A DNA stretch of 39,481 bases, taken from IMG/VR virus record IMGVR_UViG_3300036987_000217, positions 1 through 39,481 of that record; one strand, written 5' to 3'. The DNA is from a virus. Its lineage: Duplodnaviria > Caudoviricetes. The notes under the pieces are model-generated. The model was not told the origin of the DNA and searched no databases. It worked only from the letters and a program-made list of their open reading frames with translations. This document shows positions 9,276-19,010 of this stretch, in pieces. How positions within the stretch are numbered: position 1 is the first letter of the stretch; each line of letters begins with the position of its first letter. A program made the translations under genes and the position numbers.

Positions 9276-10325
9276 TTAGTTGCTCGAATAACCGCGCAGA
9301 ACCAGGCGCGGCTTCTGGACCAAGAACAACGGCGCCGACTCCGTATGGATCTCCACGCCCTTGCCGTGGTCGAGTTCCTTCAGCGAGACGTACATGGCCT
9401 GGCCCGGCATGTTGACTGCGTCCAGCATCTCGCCCGGCGTGAAGTAGGAGCGGAACGTCTGACGCGTGCCAAGCGGCACGACGATGGACTCGTTCTCAGG
9501 AATGAAGCGGCGCGTCGTCGTCGTGCCGTCCTCGTTCTGATACGTCGCTTCGCCGTTGTGCTCGATGTACGTCCAGGTGCCGTGTTGGAAGTAGGTCACG
9601 CCGAGGTCGTCGAGGAACGGGTTCGGCTTGCCGACCGGGTTGTTCTGGTAGAACTTTTCGTAGGACGGATGGGTCGTGACCTTGTCGAAAAACTCGGACG
9701 AGCACAGCGCCAACTGGCGCGTCATCGTCTCGCCCTTGAGGTTCTTCTCCATGTAGCGGCGGCCGGCCTTCGAAGCGGCCAGGATGCCGTCCGAAGCGGT
9801 CGTTCCGAACTTGAAGTCGATCGACTGCTGGCTCTCGCCCATCTCGGTGTAGCAGTTGTAGAGCACGCGAACGCCGTCGGCGTCGTAGACGTCGCCGTGA
9901 AGCGCGCCCCAACGCATGTACTCGTGCGTCTGACGATAGCCGCGCTGCAGTTCCTCGAAACGCTCGGCGAGCACGTCGTCGAATGCCTCAAGGAACTGTT
10001 CGGACTCGCCAAGCGCGCCAAACATCGGAAGGTTCTGCAGGTCCGACGGCTTGACCGTGTCGTTCTGCTGCATGAACACCGACTTCATGATGCGGGACTG
10101 ACGGGTCGAGCGCTTCTTTTCGGGTGCCGGCGCGCCGCGCTCGGAAGTCGCGATCAGGTTGAGGAAACCCTCCTTGATCTCGATCTCGACGTAGGTCGTG
10201 CGGATGCCCTTTTCCGGGAACAAGCCCATCCCGGAGAGTAGGGCGTACTCGTTCGGGATTTTCATGATGGCGTCCGACACGTTGCGGACGGAGTAGCGCG
10301 GGTCGCGCAGGAAATCGAGCTGCAT
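9276..10325 (-). CDS. Major capsid protein (lambda gpE family)
   Basis: 349 aa; GLFPEKGIRTTYVEIE...LIATSERGAP...THEYMRWGALHG...GVEIHTESAPLFLVQKPRLV. Confidence 0.93.
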   Translation of the reverse strand: MQLDFLRDPRYSVRNVSDAIMKIPNEYALLSGMGLFPEKGIRTTYVEIEIKEGFLNLIATSERGAPAPEKKRSTRQSRIMKSVFMQQNDTVKPSDLQNLPMFGALGESEQFLEAFDDVLAERFEELQRGYRQTHEYMRWGALHGDVYDADGVRVLYNCYTEMGESQQSIDFKFGTTASDGILAASKAGRRYMEKNLKGETMTRQLALCSSEFFDKVTTHPSYEKFYQNNPVGKPNPFLDDLGVTYFQHGTWTYIEHNGEATYQNEDGTTTTRRFIPENESIVVPLGTRQTFRSYFTPGEMLDAVNMPGQAMYVSLKELDHGKGVEIHTESAPLFLVQKPRLVLRGYSSN

Positions 10326-10369
10326 GGTCTAAACGTTCCTTGTTCCTTGTCGCTGCGGGGCTGTGGGGC

Positions 10370-11044
10370 TTAGGCCAACTGCCGGGCGCGGAAGCCCAGC
10401 TTGGCCAGCAAGGCGAGGCCGGCGGCCTTCTTGTCCGCGTCGTCGACGGCGGCGCCCCACGTGAGGTTCAGCGCGACGATTTCCGCCTCGCCAGTGACAA
10501 CCACGGCCGGGGCATCGGCACTCGAAGCGTCGCGCGCGTCGAGCAGGATGCCGAACGGAGTGGCGCAGCCGTTGACGGCGGTCGGATCGTACAGAGCGAC
10601 CTTGCCGGAACCGGCAGCGACGGTGATGTCGAAACCGTCGCCGACCGCAAAGTCGGTGCCGACGTCCGCCATCGCGAACTTGACGTGCTTGGCGAATGCC
10701 GCGCCGCCGATCGTGTACGTGCCGATGAGCACGCCGTCGGGATCGGTGACGCTGAACATGCCGCCGTTGGCGGCGAGTCCGATGCAGCGCACCTGATAGG
10801 CGCCGGCCTTGGCGCCCTTCAGGACGGGCGTTCCGACGTCGAGCGTCAGCGAGCCACCGCCGGTGTTGCCGCCGGCCTTGGCGGCGCTGCTGGCAGCACC
10901 TACCGTGATCTTGCCGAGCACGGCGCCAGTAGTCAGGTTGCCGGTGCCGGACAGGATTACGACCTGCTGGCGGTGAATGCGGGCGTCAAGCTCATGGCGG
11001 AGCCAATCGCCGGACAGCTTCGGATAATTTGCGACGACTGCCAT
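10370..11044 (-). CDS. Head decoration protein (lambda gpD-like) with inserted beta domain
   Basis: LTTGAVLGKIT...YDPTAVNGCATPFGILL...VVVTGEAEI; directly upstream of capsid. Confidence 0.85.
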   Translation of the reverse strand: MAVVANYPKLSGDWLRHELDARIHRQQVVILSGTGNLTTGAVLGKITVGAASSAAKAGGNTGGGSLTLDVGTPVLKGAKAGAYQVRCIGLAANGGMFSVTDPDGVLIGTYTIGGAAFAKHVKFAMADVGTDFAVGDGFDITVAAGSGKVALYDPTAVNGCATPFGILLDARDASSADAPAVVVTGEAEIVALNLTWGAAVDDADKKAAGLALLAKLGFRARQLA

Positions 11045-11047
11045 CGG

Positions 11048-11539
11048 TTAGGATGCCTTCTTCTGATACTTGGCGGCGATCTTGTCGGCGAGCGAAGTGC
11101 GCGTCGCGACGGTGGAGGCTTCCGGCTTCACCCCGCCGCTGTTGCGGGCGTTGGCCATGGCCGTGGCGAGCGCATCACCGCGGGGATTGCCGGCCGCGGC
11201 CGCGCCCTCCTCGGCGGATGCGTTCAGGATGGCCTCCGCCTGTTCGGCGGAGACGTCGGTCTCCAGCGCCAGGTGATTGGCGAGTCCCTGGCGCTTCTTC
11301 GCGGCCTCACAGCCGAGAATGGCCTTGATGCGGGCGCGCGGATCTGCGGCAGCGGACGCCGGTGCGGCGGCGGCAGCCGGGGCGGCCGGTGCAGCCGCAG
11401 CGGCTGGTGTCTCAACGGCGGCGGCCGCTGGCTTCGGATTGGCGTTCGCCGAGGCGTTCGCCGCGATGGAAGTGAGCGCCGCAGCAATGACTGCGTCGTA
11501 GTCCGGCCGCGCGGCGGCCGGGGCATTCCCGTCGGACAC
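11048..11539 (-). CDS. Nested in-frame scaffold protein (Nu3-like, 163 aa)
   Basis: Internal AGGAGG RBS upstream of in-frame GTG 11539 (ACAGGAGGACGGACAGTG), at the protease/Ala-Pro linker boundary. Confidence 0.7.
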   Translation of the reverse strand: MSDGNAPAAARPDYDAVIAAALTSIAANASANANPKPAAAAVETPAAAAAPAAPAAAAAPASAAADPRARIKAILGCEAAKKRQGLANHLALETDVSAEQAEAILNASAEEGAAAAGNPRGDALATAMANARNSGGVKPEASTVATRTSLADKIAAKYQKKAS

Positions 11540-12466
11540 TGTCCGTCCTCCTGTTTTGGATTGCCCGCGCGCGCTCGAACCCGAGCCTTTGCGGATGTGT
11601 TCGAGGAGTTCCTCGAAGCTCTTGACGCCATCGGCGAGCTTTGCGGAAACCGCGCGCTCGCCCATGTAGGTACGCGCCTCGGTGTCTCGCACCGCCTGCT
11701 CATCGAGCCCGCGGTGTTTGGCAACGTGGCGAACAAAAAGGCCGTAGCTCTCGTCGATCTCGCGCGACCATTCTGCGCGCGCGGCGTGCGAAAGTGGCTG
11801 GTAGGGATTGCCGTCCGGCTTGTGACTGCCGGCGTAGAGGATCGTCGGCTCGACGCCGGATTTCTCCAGCATGCCGCCGTAGTTCATGTGCATGGCGATG
11901 ACGCCGATCGAACCGGCACCGCCGGAACGCGTCACGAAGAGTTCGTGCGCGACGCAGCCGATCGCATACGCAGCCGAAAATGCCATGTTGGCGGCGATGC
12001 CATAGACGCGCTTTTTCTTTTTGAGGTCGCTAAGCTCGCCGGCGGCGACGTCGAGCATGCCCGCGACCATGCCGCCCGCGCTGTCGATGTCGAGGATGAC
12101 GCTTTTGATCGCCTCGTCTTTGCCGAGCCGGCGGAACTGTTCCGCCAAGCCCTCGTAGCTCGTGGCCCAACCGCCCATGTCCCCGAGCCAGTCGCCGCGA
12201 TCGACGAGGATGCCTTGCACCGGCACGATCGCGATGCCCTCGTCCGTCACCCGATAACCCGAGCGATGGTCGCGAGTGCCGATGAACTTCGAGGCGCCGA
12301 GGTCGATCTGCGAGTCGAACGCGCGCTCGCGGATTTGCGATTCGAGCCAGCGCGCCGCCGAAAGTTGCATCGCGAGCGGCTGATTGGCGAACTTGGTGCC
12401 CAGCCAATAGGACAAGCCGGGGCCGCCGGGGCGGGCACTCCGCTCCGGTTCGATCATGTCAGCCAT
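11048..12466 (-). CDS. S49-family prohead protease (lambda gpC-like) with C-terminal scaffold
   Basis: ILDIDSAGGMVAG, AFSAAYAIG, GSIGVIAMH, AGSHKPDGNPYQPL, ALETDVSAEQAEAIL. Confidence 0.93.
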   Translation of the reverse strand: MADMIEPERSARPGGPGLSYWLGTKFANQPLAMQLSAARWLESQIRERAFDSQIDLGASKFIGTRDHRSGYRVTDEGIAIVPVQGILVDRGDWLGDMGGWATSYEGLAEQFRRLGKDEAIKSVILDIDSAGGMVAGMLDVAAGELSDLKKKKRVYGIAANMAFSAAYAIGCVAHELFVTRSGGAGSIGVIAMHMNYGGMLEKSGVEPTILYAGSHKPDGNPYQPLSHAARAEWSREIDESYGLFVRHVAKHRGLDEQAVRDTEARTYMGERAVSAKLADGVKSFEELLEHIRKGSGSSARGQSKTGGRTVSDGNAPAAARPDYDAVIAAALTSIAANASANANPKPAAAAVETPAAAAAPAAPAAAAAPASAAADPRARIKAILGCEAAKKRQGLANHLALETDVSAEQAEAILNASAEEGAAAAGNPRGDALATAMANARNSGGVKPEASTVATRTSLADKIAAKYQKKAS

Positions 12467-12480
12467 GTGCGTTGCTTCCT

Positions 12481-13014
12481 TTAGGCGCGTCGATAGCCAG
12501 TGACGCGAGTGCCGTCGCGGCGCGTGTATTCGCTCACCATGCCGTTGCCGCTCGACGGCGCCGCCGCCGACGCGACCCGCGGGGCCGTCAAAACCTTCGT
12601 CTGTGACGCCCGCTGTGCCGCCGCCTGGTTCAAATACGCACCCGCCGCGGCTCTAACGTTGAGCGCGAATCCCGCGCGACCTGGTGCAGTCGGCGTGCTG
12701 CCAACGCCGACCGGGGGGGCGATTGAGGTTTGCGGCCCAATGCCCTGCAGGCGCTGTAGTGCGCCGCGCTCGGCCATGAACGCCTTTGCGCGGGCGAGGC
12801 GTCGCTTATCAGCCGCTTCTCCAGCGAGTTGGGCGCCCCAAGCTGCTCCAGCCGTGAAAATCAGGCCGCCCGGCACGTCACCAATGACAAAATTGACGCC
12901 GGCGCCGATCGTGCCGAGGACCGCTGCACCTGCGCCGACGCCGGACATGACGCCGTGCATCGTTGCGCGGGTGCGCATTCGGCTGCTGTACTTCGTCGTC
13001 GGTCGCTTAGCCAT
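12481..13014 (-). CDS. Gly-zipper membrane-like protein (177 aa), putative internal virion/ejection protein
   Basis: AAGGAG RBS; hydrophobic Gly-rich hairpin GVGAGAAVLGTIGAGVNFVIG...GGLIFTAGAAWGA; C-terminal NGMVSEYTRRDGTRVTGYRRA. Confidence 0.75.
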   Translation of the reverse strand: MAKRPTTKYSSRMRTRATMHGVMSGVGAGAAVLGTIGAGVNFVIGDVPGGLIFTAGAAWGAQLAGEAADKRRLARAKAFMAERGALQRLQGIGPQTSIAPPVGVGSTPTAPGRAGFALNVRAAAGAYLNQAAAQRASQTKVLTAPRVASAAAPSSGNGMVSEYTRRDGTRVTGYRRA

Positions 13015-13040
13015 GAGACGGCACTCCTTCGGGGCGATCG

Positions 13041-14570
13041 TTAGTGCGCGCGGCGATATCCTTCGACGCGGACACCATCGCCGCGGACGTATCCAGCGAC
13101 CCAGCCATTATGCGACGCGCGCACGACCGGCTTCGGCGCCGGTTGCGTCTGTCCGCGAGCCGCAGCGACTGAATTGAGGTAGGCGCGCGCCTCGTTCGAA
13201 GCGCGCGGCATGATTGCGGGTCTGCGATCGTGCTCGGGCGGCAAGAGGATCTGCCGCGCGTAGGCGTTGCCGACCCTCAGGAGCCCACCCGTGACGCTAT
13301 CGGCCACGCCGATCGCGGCACCAGGCACACCGCCCTCTGTGTAGCCCTCATAGCCGGCATATGTGGCGGCGCCGACGATCGCCGCGGGACCGGCCTTCGA
13401 CGCGATGGCCTTGACGCCGGGAATTTTGCCGAGGGCGTTGATACCCTTTGCAATGCCGCGGCCGATCGCGATGCCGGCCGCCGCGACCGCGGCGCCAGCG
13501 CCGGCAGCAAAGGCCGCGGCTTTGGCCGTCGCGGCAACCTCGCCGTCGCCGGCGGCCATCGCCGAATTCTTCGTGGCATCGTATGCGGTCAATGCCGCGA
13601 CCAGCGGACCCGCGACAGCGATTGCGGCCGCGCCGCCGGCGACCTTCACCACCGGCTTTGCCTTCTTCACCGCGTCGACGGCGATCTTGGCCGTCGAGCG
13701 TGGCACCGGCGTTTTTGCCCTCACGTGCTTCGCTTCAGCGTCGGCGATCGTGCGAGCTTGTTCGATCGCGCCAAGGTCGCGTCCATTGACCGGCGTCGCC
13801 GGCGTGGCAACGTTCACCATGCCCTTGCCAATGATGGTGCTAGCCGCCACCGCAGACGTCGTGCCGATCGACTGGAACGCCTCGCGCGTCGTCTCGTCCT
13901 TAAACTGAGGGGCGATCACAAATCGCGACAGAGCACCCTCGGCCAGCAATACCGCGGCAGGACCGAACCCGATGGGCGCTTTGGCAGTGAATTTGGCTTT
14001 GTCGGCCGCGTTTACGATGCCGCGTAGCTTTTTGGCTGCCGCCGGCACGTTTTTGCCCGCCTCATACTTGCGGATCGTGGTTCGTGCATCCTTCGCAAGG
14101 CCGGCTAATTTCGGTGCTGCGTTCGTAACGGCCGCGTTGCGGTGAGCGTCGATAACTTTGGCATATGCGAGGCCGCCGACGACGCCGGCGCCGAGCGCGA
14201 CGGCATTGATGCCGGCCTTCCGCAGGCCCTCGCGCGATTCCCGCGCCTCTGTTTCGGCGTCAGACTGCAGCTTGCGCTCGAATTCGCGTTGACGTTCGGC
14301 CGCCTCATCGTTGCGCTTCTGCTCGTCGGCGCGCTGGCGCTCGATCTCAGCCGTCGCGCGGATTTTCTCGGCTTCAGCCTTCGCGCGCTCGGCTTCCGCG
14401 CCCGCTTTGGCCTGGTCCGCTGCGGCCCTCGCCTGGTCGGCGCGAGCCTGCGAGTTCTGATACTGCGCCCACGCCTTTTGCGTGGAATCGCCATCCTTGC
14501 CGTCGACCGTGACGTCATACCCGGCATCGCGCAGCGTCTGCTGGCGCTGCTTGATCTCCGCTTTGGTCAT
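13041..14570 (-). CDS. Peptidoglycan-binding, coiled-coil, multi-hydrophobic protein (509 aa), putative internal virion/ejection protein
   Basis: ATGA-coupled to portal; N-terminal IKQRQQTLRDAGYDVTVDGKDGDSTQKAWAQYQ resembles PG_binding_1; Ala/Gly-rich hydrophobic helices; C-terminal NGWVAGYVRGDGVRVEGYRRAH. Confidence 0.8.
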   Translation of the reverse strand: MTKAEIKQRQQTLRDAGYDVTVDGKDGDSTQKAWAQYQNSQARADQARAAADQAKAGAEAERAKAEAEKIRATAEIERQRADEQKRNDEAAERQREFERKLQSDAETEARESREGLRKAGINAVALGAGVVGGLAYAKVIDAHRNAAVTNAAPKLAGLAKDARTTIRKYEAGKNVPAAAKKLRGIVNAADKAKFTAKAPIGFGPAAVLLAEGALSRFVIAPQFKDETTREAFQSIGTTSAVAASTIIGKGMVNVATPATPVNGRDLGAIEQARTIADAEAKHVRAKTPVPRSTAKIAVDAVKKAKPVVKVAGGAAAIAVAGPLVAALTAYDATKNSAMAAGDGEVAATAKAAAFAAGAGAAVAAAGIAIGRGIAKGINALGKIPGVKAIASKAGPAAIVGAATYAGYEGYTEGGVPGAAIGVADSVTGGLLRVGNAYARQILLPPEHDRRPAIMPRASNEARAYLNSVAAARGQTQPAPKPVVRASHNGWVAGYVRGDGVRVEGYRRAH

Positions 14571-16168
14571 CGCGCGGGTTCCTCGTGGCCTGGTGCTGGC
14601 GGTGGAAGCATCAGCGGTGACGGCGGCGGCAAGCCGCGCTGCTCACGCTCAAAGGCTTCCCGCTGTAACTGGTCGAGTACGTCGAGGTAGTCGCGGCCTT
14701 CCTCGGCGCAGATGTCTTGAAGCGTCTCGGCGCCCATTTCGATGCCGAGCTTCTGCGCCTGGCGCTCCTTGACGGGGTCGAGCATTGGGGCGCCAGAGGT
14801 GATGAACGTGCCTTTGATGAGCGCATCGCGCGCATCGTAGAAATCGAGTTCCGACACGCCCTGCGGCAGCGGCATCGCACCGGAGAAGATGACCTCCTCC
14901 AGGAAGCTCGCGACCATCGGCATGGCAACGGAGCCGACTAGACGTTCGCGGCGCGCCTCATACGTCCGCCAGTTCGACGCGACGGCCATTTTGGCGCTCG
15001 AATAGTTCACGTCCGAGTAGTCCTGGCTGACAGAAATCGGGTCCGTGCCGGTGCCGGCCGCGTAAGACTTCGTCGCGTGTGCCTGAAAATCGGCGAGACT
15101 GTTCGCGCTTTGACCTGGCGTCAGCAGCTTCAGGTCCTCGCCCGGGAAAAGAATCGGCACTTTCGCGCCGTTGAAGCGGATCTGCGCCTCGTCGTGGTAG
15201 GCAATGGCCGCTTCGAGGTTCTCCAACGCGACGTCGACCAGGCTCGGAGCCTTGTCCGGTGGCGCGGCGGCGATGATTTCCATCGCGTCCTTGTAGTTCT
15301 GTTGCGACACCATCACCGCGGCGTAGGACGCCTGCAGGATAGCGGCCGCGAGCGCGGTTTCGGTGTACTCGCGACCCATTTTCATGTCGCGGATGACCGA
15401 TGCAAACTCGGACATCCCACGCGTCTGGCCAGGTCGGCCGACATCGAACGTGTGAAGTGCGATCGGGCGCCCCCAATCGGTCTGCCGGTGCACGAACGAC
15501 CAGGTCAGAAGTCGCGACCCCTGGAAACCGATGTCGGCCGGGTGGCTGTCCCGCACCCAATAGCCGACCGGCGCCGACAGATTGTCGAGCGCGACGCCTC
15601 CCTTTAGGTAGGGCGTTTCCGGCTGGCCGTGGGGATTGCTCAGCCGGTCAACGTCGACCGGCTGAAAGCAGGTGCGCCATTTGCGATCGGGCGACCACTC
15701 AACGGTGGTCAAGCTCTCGCCATCGACGAAGTCGCGATCGTGCGCGAGCGCCATCAACTGCGTGAAGCTCATACGCCGGCCGGCGTCGATGTAGCAGGTC
15801 GGCCCGTGCGCGTAATTCTCCCAAACACGCTCGAACTCTTGCCCCCAACGCACCGCCTCCTCAAAGTCGATGCCGAGAAAGCGGTGGTCCGGCCGGCACG
15901 AATAGCGCAGCTTTTTGCCGACGACGCCAAGGCGCGAAATTCGCACGGCCTGCTTGGCGTAGGGGTGGTTGCGCTCAAGATCGCGCGCCCGTGCGCGGAC
16001 CTTCGACGCGTCGCGCAGGATCTCCGCATCCGCCGAGCGCAGCGACGGCTGCCACATGGCGATGTTCTGGTCGCGCGTGCTCGCGCCGGAATAGGCCGTG
16101 TGGCCAGCATCGGCGCGCGACGCCCGCACGTGCGGCTTCGCGACCTTTTTCGATCGACCCCGTGCCAT
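14567..16168 (-). CDS. Portal protein, lambda family
   Basis: RARARDLERNHPYA, RPGQTRGMSEFA, SQDYSDVNYSSAK, LDPVKE. Confidence 0.96.
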   Translation of the reverse strand: MARGRSKKVAKPHVRASRADAGHTAYSGASTRDQNIAMWQPSLRSADAEILRDASKVRARARDLERNHPYAKQAVRISRLGVVGKKLRYSCRPDHRFLGIDFEEAVRWGQEFERVWENYAHGPTCYIDAGRRMSFTQLMALAHDRDFVDGESLTTVEWSPDRKWRTCFQPVDVDRLSNPHGQPETPYLKGGVALDNLSAPVGYWVRDSHPADIGFQGSRLLTWSFVHRQTDWGRPIALHTFDVGRPGQTRGMSEFASVIRDMKMGREYTETALAAAILQASYAAVMVSQQNYKDAMEIIAAAPPDKAPSLVDVALENLEAAIAYHDEAQIRFNGAKVPILFPGEDLKLLTPGQSANSLADFQAHATKSYAAGTGTDPISVSQDYSDVNYSSAKMAVASNWRTYEARRERLVGSVAMPMVASFLEEVIFSGAMPLPQGVSELDFYDARDALIKGTFITSGAPMLDPVKERQAQKLGIEMGAETLQDICAEEGRDYLDVLDQLQREAFEREQRGLPPPSPLMLPPPAPGHEEPAR

Positions 16169-16440
16169 CAGACGCGCCCATTGCCGACAAAGATCGCCGG
16201 CCGACCACGCCGAGCCGTCGGCGCGTCAAGCGGCTGAAGCTCGGGAAGCTCGGCCTGCGCTTGCGGGCACTGTTTCCAGAGTTGCGCATAATATTTGATC
16301 ATGTCGCCGACGTTCATGTTGGCGTACTCCATCGACCGACCTTTGTGGCCGACGCTCTGTACGCCCTCGCCGCTCATCCGCGCGTCGATCGCCGCCTTGA
16401 GCTTGCGCAGCGTCACTAGGCAGGGGCTCGGTTCGCTCAT
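16168..16440 (-). CDS. Head completion protein (lambda gpW-like)
   Basis: MSGEGVQSVGHKGRSMEY...RRGRP; between terminase and portal with overlaps. Confidence 0.8.
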   Translation of the reverse strand: MSEPSPCLVTLRKLKAAIDARMSGEGVQSVGHKGRSMEYANMNVGDMIKYYAQLWKQCPQAQAELPELQPLDAPTARRGRPAIFVGNGRV

Positions 16441-18500
16441 CGTGACCTCATCCGCAAAGCGAGCTTCGCAATGCGTTGTTTGCGGGCTTCCGCGGCGTTG
16501 ATTGTCGCCGGCGACGGCGCCGGCGTCTTGGCTTTTGGTTCGCCGACGGGCCGTTTGACCGGCGCGGCGGCGGGCGAGTTGATCGGCTGCTCGGCAGGCT
16601 TCGCCGTCTCGTCGGACTCGTCCGCGCGCATCAGGTGCACGTTGAGCATGTGCCCAACGGCCGCCTGCATTGCCTCGCAGTCGAGGAAATGATTTTCGCG
16701 GCTACGTGCGACCCATTCCGGCTGGCCGCTCGGCTTCTTGACGCGCGCCTCGGCGACGATCTGCTTGCAGAAGTCGTCGGTCGTGTCCGCCGGCAACAAC
16801 CAGGCGCCCGGCTTGTCGGGCTCCCAGCGAATGCGCTCGTGCACCCAACTCTTGAAGTAGTCGGTGTCGAGCAGCACCAGGTCGAGGCCGTACTTTTTGG
16901 CCGACCCGCGCGTGGTGACCTCGACTTTGCTCACGATGAGCGGCTTGTCCTGCGTCGCACGGCCCTTCGTCGGCCAGAGCAAGCGCGGGAACCGCCGACA
17001 AAAGTCATAGACCTTGTTCACCGGCACGTGCTCGGGCTTGCCCGGCCGGAAACCAGAGTCGATGAACGCGCGCCAGATCGTCATGTCGCCGATCGGGCGA
17101 TGAAGTAGCTCGGCGAACTCGTGCCAGATGTCGTCCTCGGTCGTCGGCCCATGAAGCTCGCCGAAGTCGATGAGCCACGAGCTTGCCCGGGCGCCCCAGC
17201 CGCGGATCGTGTAGACGATGCGCTTCTTTTGGACGTCGGCCGCCAGCGTCAGCACCTTGACGCCTGGCGGGAGTTCGAGGCGCCGGTAATTCCGCTTCAG
17301 GGCGGCGACCTCATGCCATTCGGGCACGTCGCCCGAGCCTGGCGCCCAAAGTTCACCGAAGCCGGTGTTGATGACGGCCTGCAGCTTCTCTTGGCTGCCC
17401 GAGTCCTTGGCCTCGATATAGGACGCGGCGCGCTCGCCGATCGTGACGAACGGCGAGCAAAGCCCCGACACCCAAAAGCTGATGGTCGAGGTGTCCGGCG
17501 GGTCGCCAGTGACGACGCCGTTGCGCGACACCTTCTGCCCCGGCGCCACGTAACGGCCCCGGGCGTTAAGGTCGGCCTTGTGGCGTTCCTCGACGATGCC
17601 GCCGCATTGCGGGCACTCGACGTGCGCGGTGCGCTTCGCCTCGGCGGCCGTTGCGTTCTCTGGCCACTTTAGCTGCTTGAACCGTGGCACAAAGTATTCG
17701 CCGCACTCCGGGCACGGCCAGGTGAAATGGTGCATCGTCCCGCGCTGGAATACGCGCCAGATCGGGCTTTCAATGTCCTCCGCCGGCATGCGCTTCCAGA
17801 ACTCGAGGTTCGCGACCTCGTCCCTTACGATGTCGACGTTGCCGCACTTCGGCGTTGAGGTGACGCCGCGCTTCCTGTCCTTGTGCGCAAAGCCGCGCGC
17901 GTCGACGAGCGACAGCGCGTCGCCGTCGCCCTGCACGTTTGTCACCATGCGATCTAGCTCGTCGACGAGGGCGAGCTTGGCGGTCGTGCCGGATAGCTGG
18001 GACGCCGAACCGGCCCACAGCAGTTTCACCGTCACGCCGCCAATCACTTTGCGGAACTTGGTCGACTTCTTGCCTCGGGTCGCTTTCGACCGAAGGCTAG
18101 CCGACTGGTCGATTAGCGCGGAAACGCGCGGCTCGATCTCGTCCCGCAGAAACACCTGGCTGGGGCCAACGTAGACGGTGGCGGCCGGTCGCTGGTCGAG
18201 GGTTTGCCCGATGACGTCGAGGATCGCCTCCGACTTGCCCATCTGCGAGCCGCAAACGAGGCATGACGTGTCGTAGAGGTGGTTCTCGAACGATCGAACG
18301 TAGTCGATGACGTAGGGCGTCAGCGCGGAGTCGCGCGGCCCTGGTCGGTCCGCCGAAGGCGGGTAAATCCGGTTTTCTTTCGCCCACTCGTCAGGCGGCT
18401 GCTTCTTCGTCGGCCTCGATAGGATCGACGCCCTGCGCCAGAGCGTCGCCAGCTTTCGCAAATCGGTCGGCGAGACTGTTGAGAACGTCGTCGATTGCAT
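16437..18500 (-). CDS. terL: Terminase large subunit (GpA family)
   Basis: Walker A GSQMGKS, Walker B LVDELDR, TSTP, CPECGE/CPQCG, LAADVQ, IDSG, RENHFLDCE; start uncertain (18500 chosen). Confidence 0.95.
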   Translation of the reverse strand: MQSTTFSTVSPTDLRKLATLWRRASILSRPTKKQPPDEWAKENRIYPPSADRPGPRDSALTPYVIDYVRSFENHLYDTSCLVCGSQMGKSEAILDVIGQTLDQRPAATVYVGPSQVFLRDEIEPRVSALIDQSASLRSKATRGKKSTKFRKVIGGVTVKLLWAGSASQLSGTTAKLALVDELDRMVTNVQGDGDALSLVDARGFAHKDRKRGVTSTPKCGNVDIVRDEVANLEFWKRMPAEDIESPIWRVFQRGTMHHFTWPCPECGEYFVPRFKQLKWPENATAAEAKRTAHVECPQCGGIVEERHKADLNARGRYVAPGQKVSRNGVVTGDPPDTSTISFWVSGLCSPFVTIGERAASYIEAKDSGSQEKLQAVINTGFGELWAPGSGDVPEWHEVAALKRNYRRLELPPGVKVLTLAADVQKKRIVYTIRGWGARASSWLIDFGELHGPTTEDDIWHEFAELLHRPIGDMTIWRAFIDSGFRPGKPEHVPVNKVYDFCRRFPRLLWPTKGRATQDKPLIVSKVEVTTRGSAKKYGLDLVLLDTDYFKSWVHERIRWEPDKPGAWLLPADTTDDFCKQIVAEARVKKPSGQPEWVARSRENHFLDCEAMQAAVGHMLNVHLMRADESDETAKPAEQPINSPAAAPVKRPVGEPKAKTPAPSPATINAAEARKQRIAKLALRMRSR

Positions 18501-18954
18501 TCTCAACACGCCGGCGCGTGGCGACGTCCTCTGAAGCTCGGGCCGGCACGGCGGCGAGGTCCGTGCGCAGCGTTCCAACGATGTAGTCGACGGCGGCGAT
18601 CGCCAGAGGCGTGCCGATTAGGATGCTCTCCCGCTCGTCGTTTTCGAGCTTGAGCTTGCGGGCGCGCTCGGCTTCGAACTCCGCCCGCGCGTTCTGGCTT
18701 CCGATTTGCCGCTCCACTTCCGTTTCACGGATGAAGCGGATGTAGCCCTGGACCGACGCGGCGAGTTCGTAGCGAGCCCGCCCTGCGCGGACGACGTAGC
18801 CCTTGTCGGCAAGCTCGCGCAGCCAGCGATCGGTGAATGGTTTGTCGCTTAAAATGGCGGCTAACTCCGCCGCCGACACGCTCGCGGGCTCGGGAGGTGG
18901 CGCGATTTTTTGCGGCGTTTTCTTCGACCGCTTCGCCCGCGACGTCCGTGCCAT
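18391..18954 (-). CDS. terS: Terminase small subunit (Nu1-like wHTH)
   Basis: VSAAELAAIL...DRWLRELADKG...RYELAASVQGYIRF...ERARKLKLEN; directly upstream of terL. Confidence 0.88.
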   Translation of the reverse strand: MARTSRAKRSKKTPQKIAPPPEPASVSAAELAAILSDKPFTDRWLRELADKGYVVRAGRARYELAASVQGYIRFIRETEVERQIGSQNARAEFEAERARKLKLENDERESILIGTPLAIAAVDYIVGTLRTDLAAVPARASEDVATRRRVENAIDDVLNSLADRFAKAGDALAQGVDPIEADEEAAA

Positions 18955-19010
18955 TAGCGCCTCTGTCGGCAAAGCCCCCAAAACCCGATGTTTCGGAATC
19001 GGAAGTGAAG

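Noticed and set aside
10340-12484. 714-aa + strand ORF, and similar long ones such as 1666-3342 and 32027-33214
   Set aside because: Antisense shadows of well-supported - strand genes in high-GC DNA; no motifs or RBS
13041-14570. Tape measure or endolysin call for the 509-aa protein
   Set aside because: Located in the head module, no tail chaperone context and no recognisable catalytic domain after the PG-binding segment
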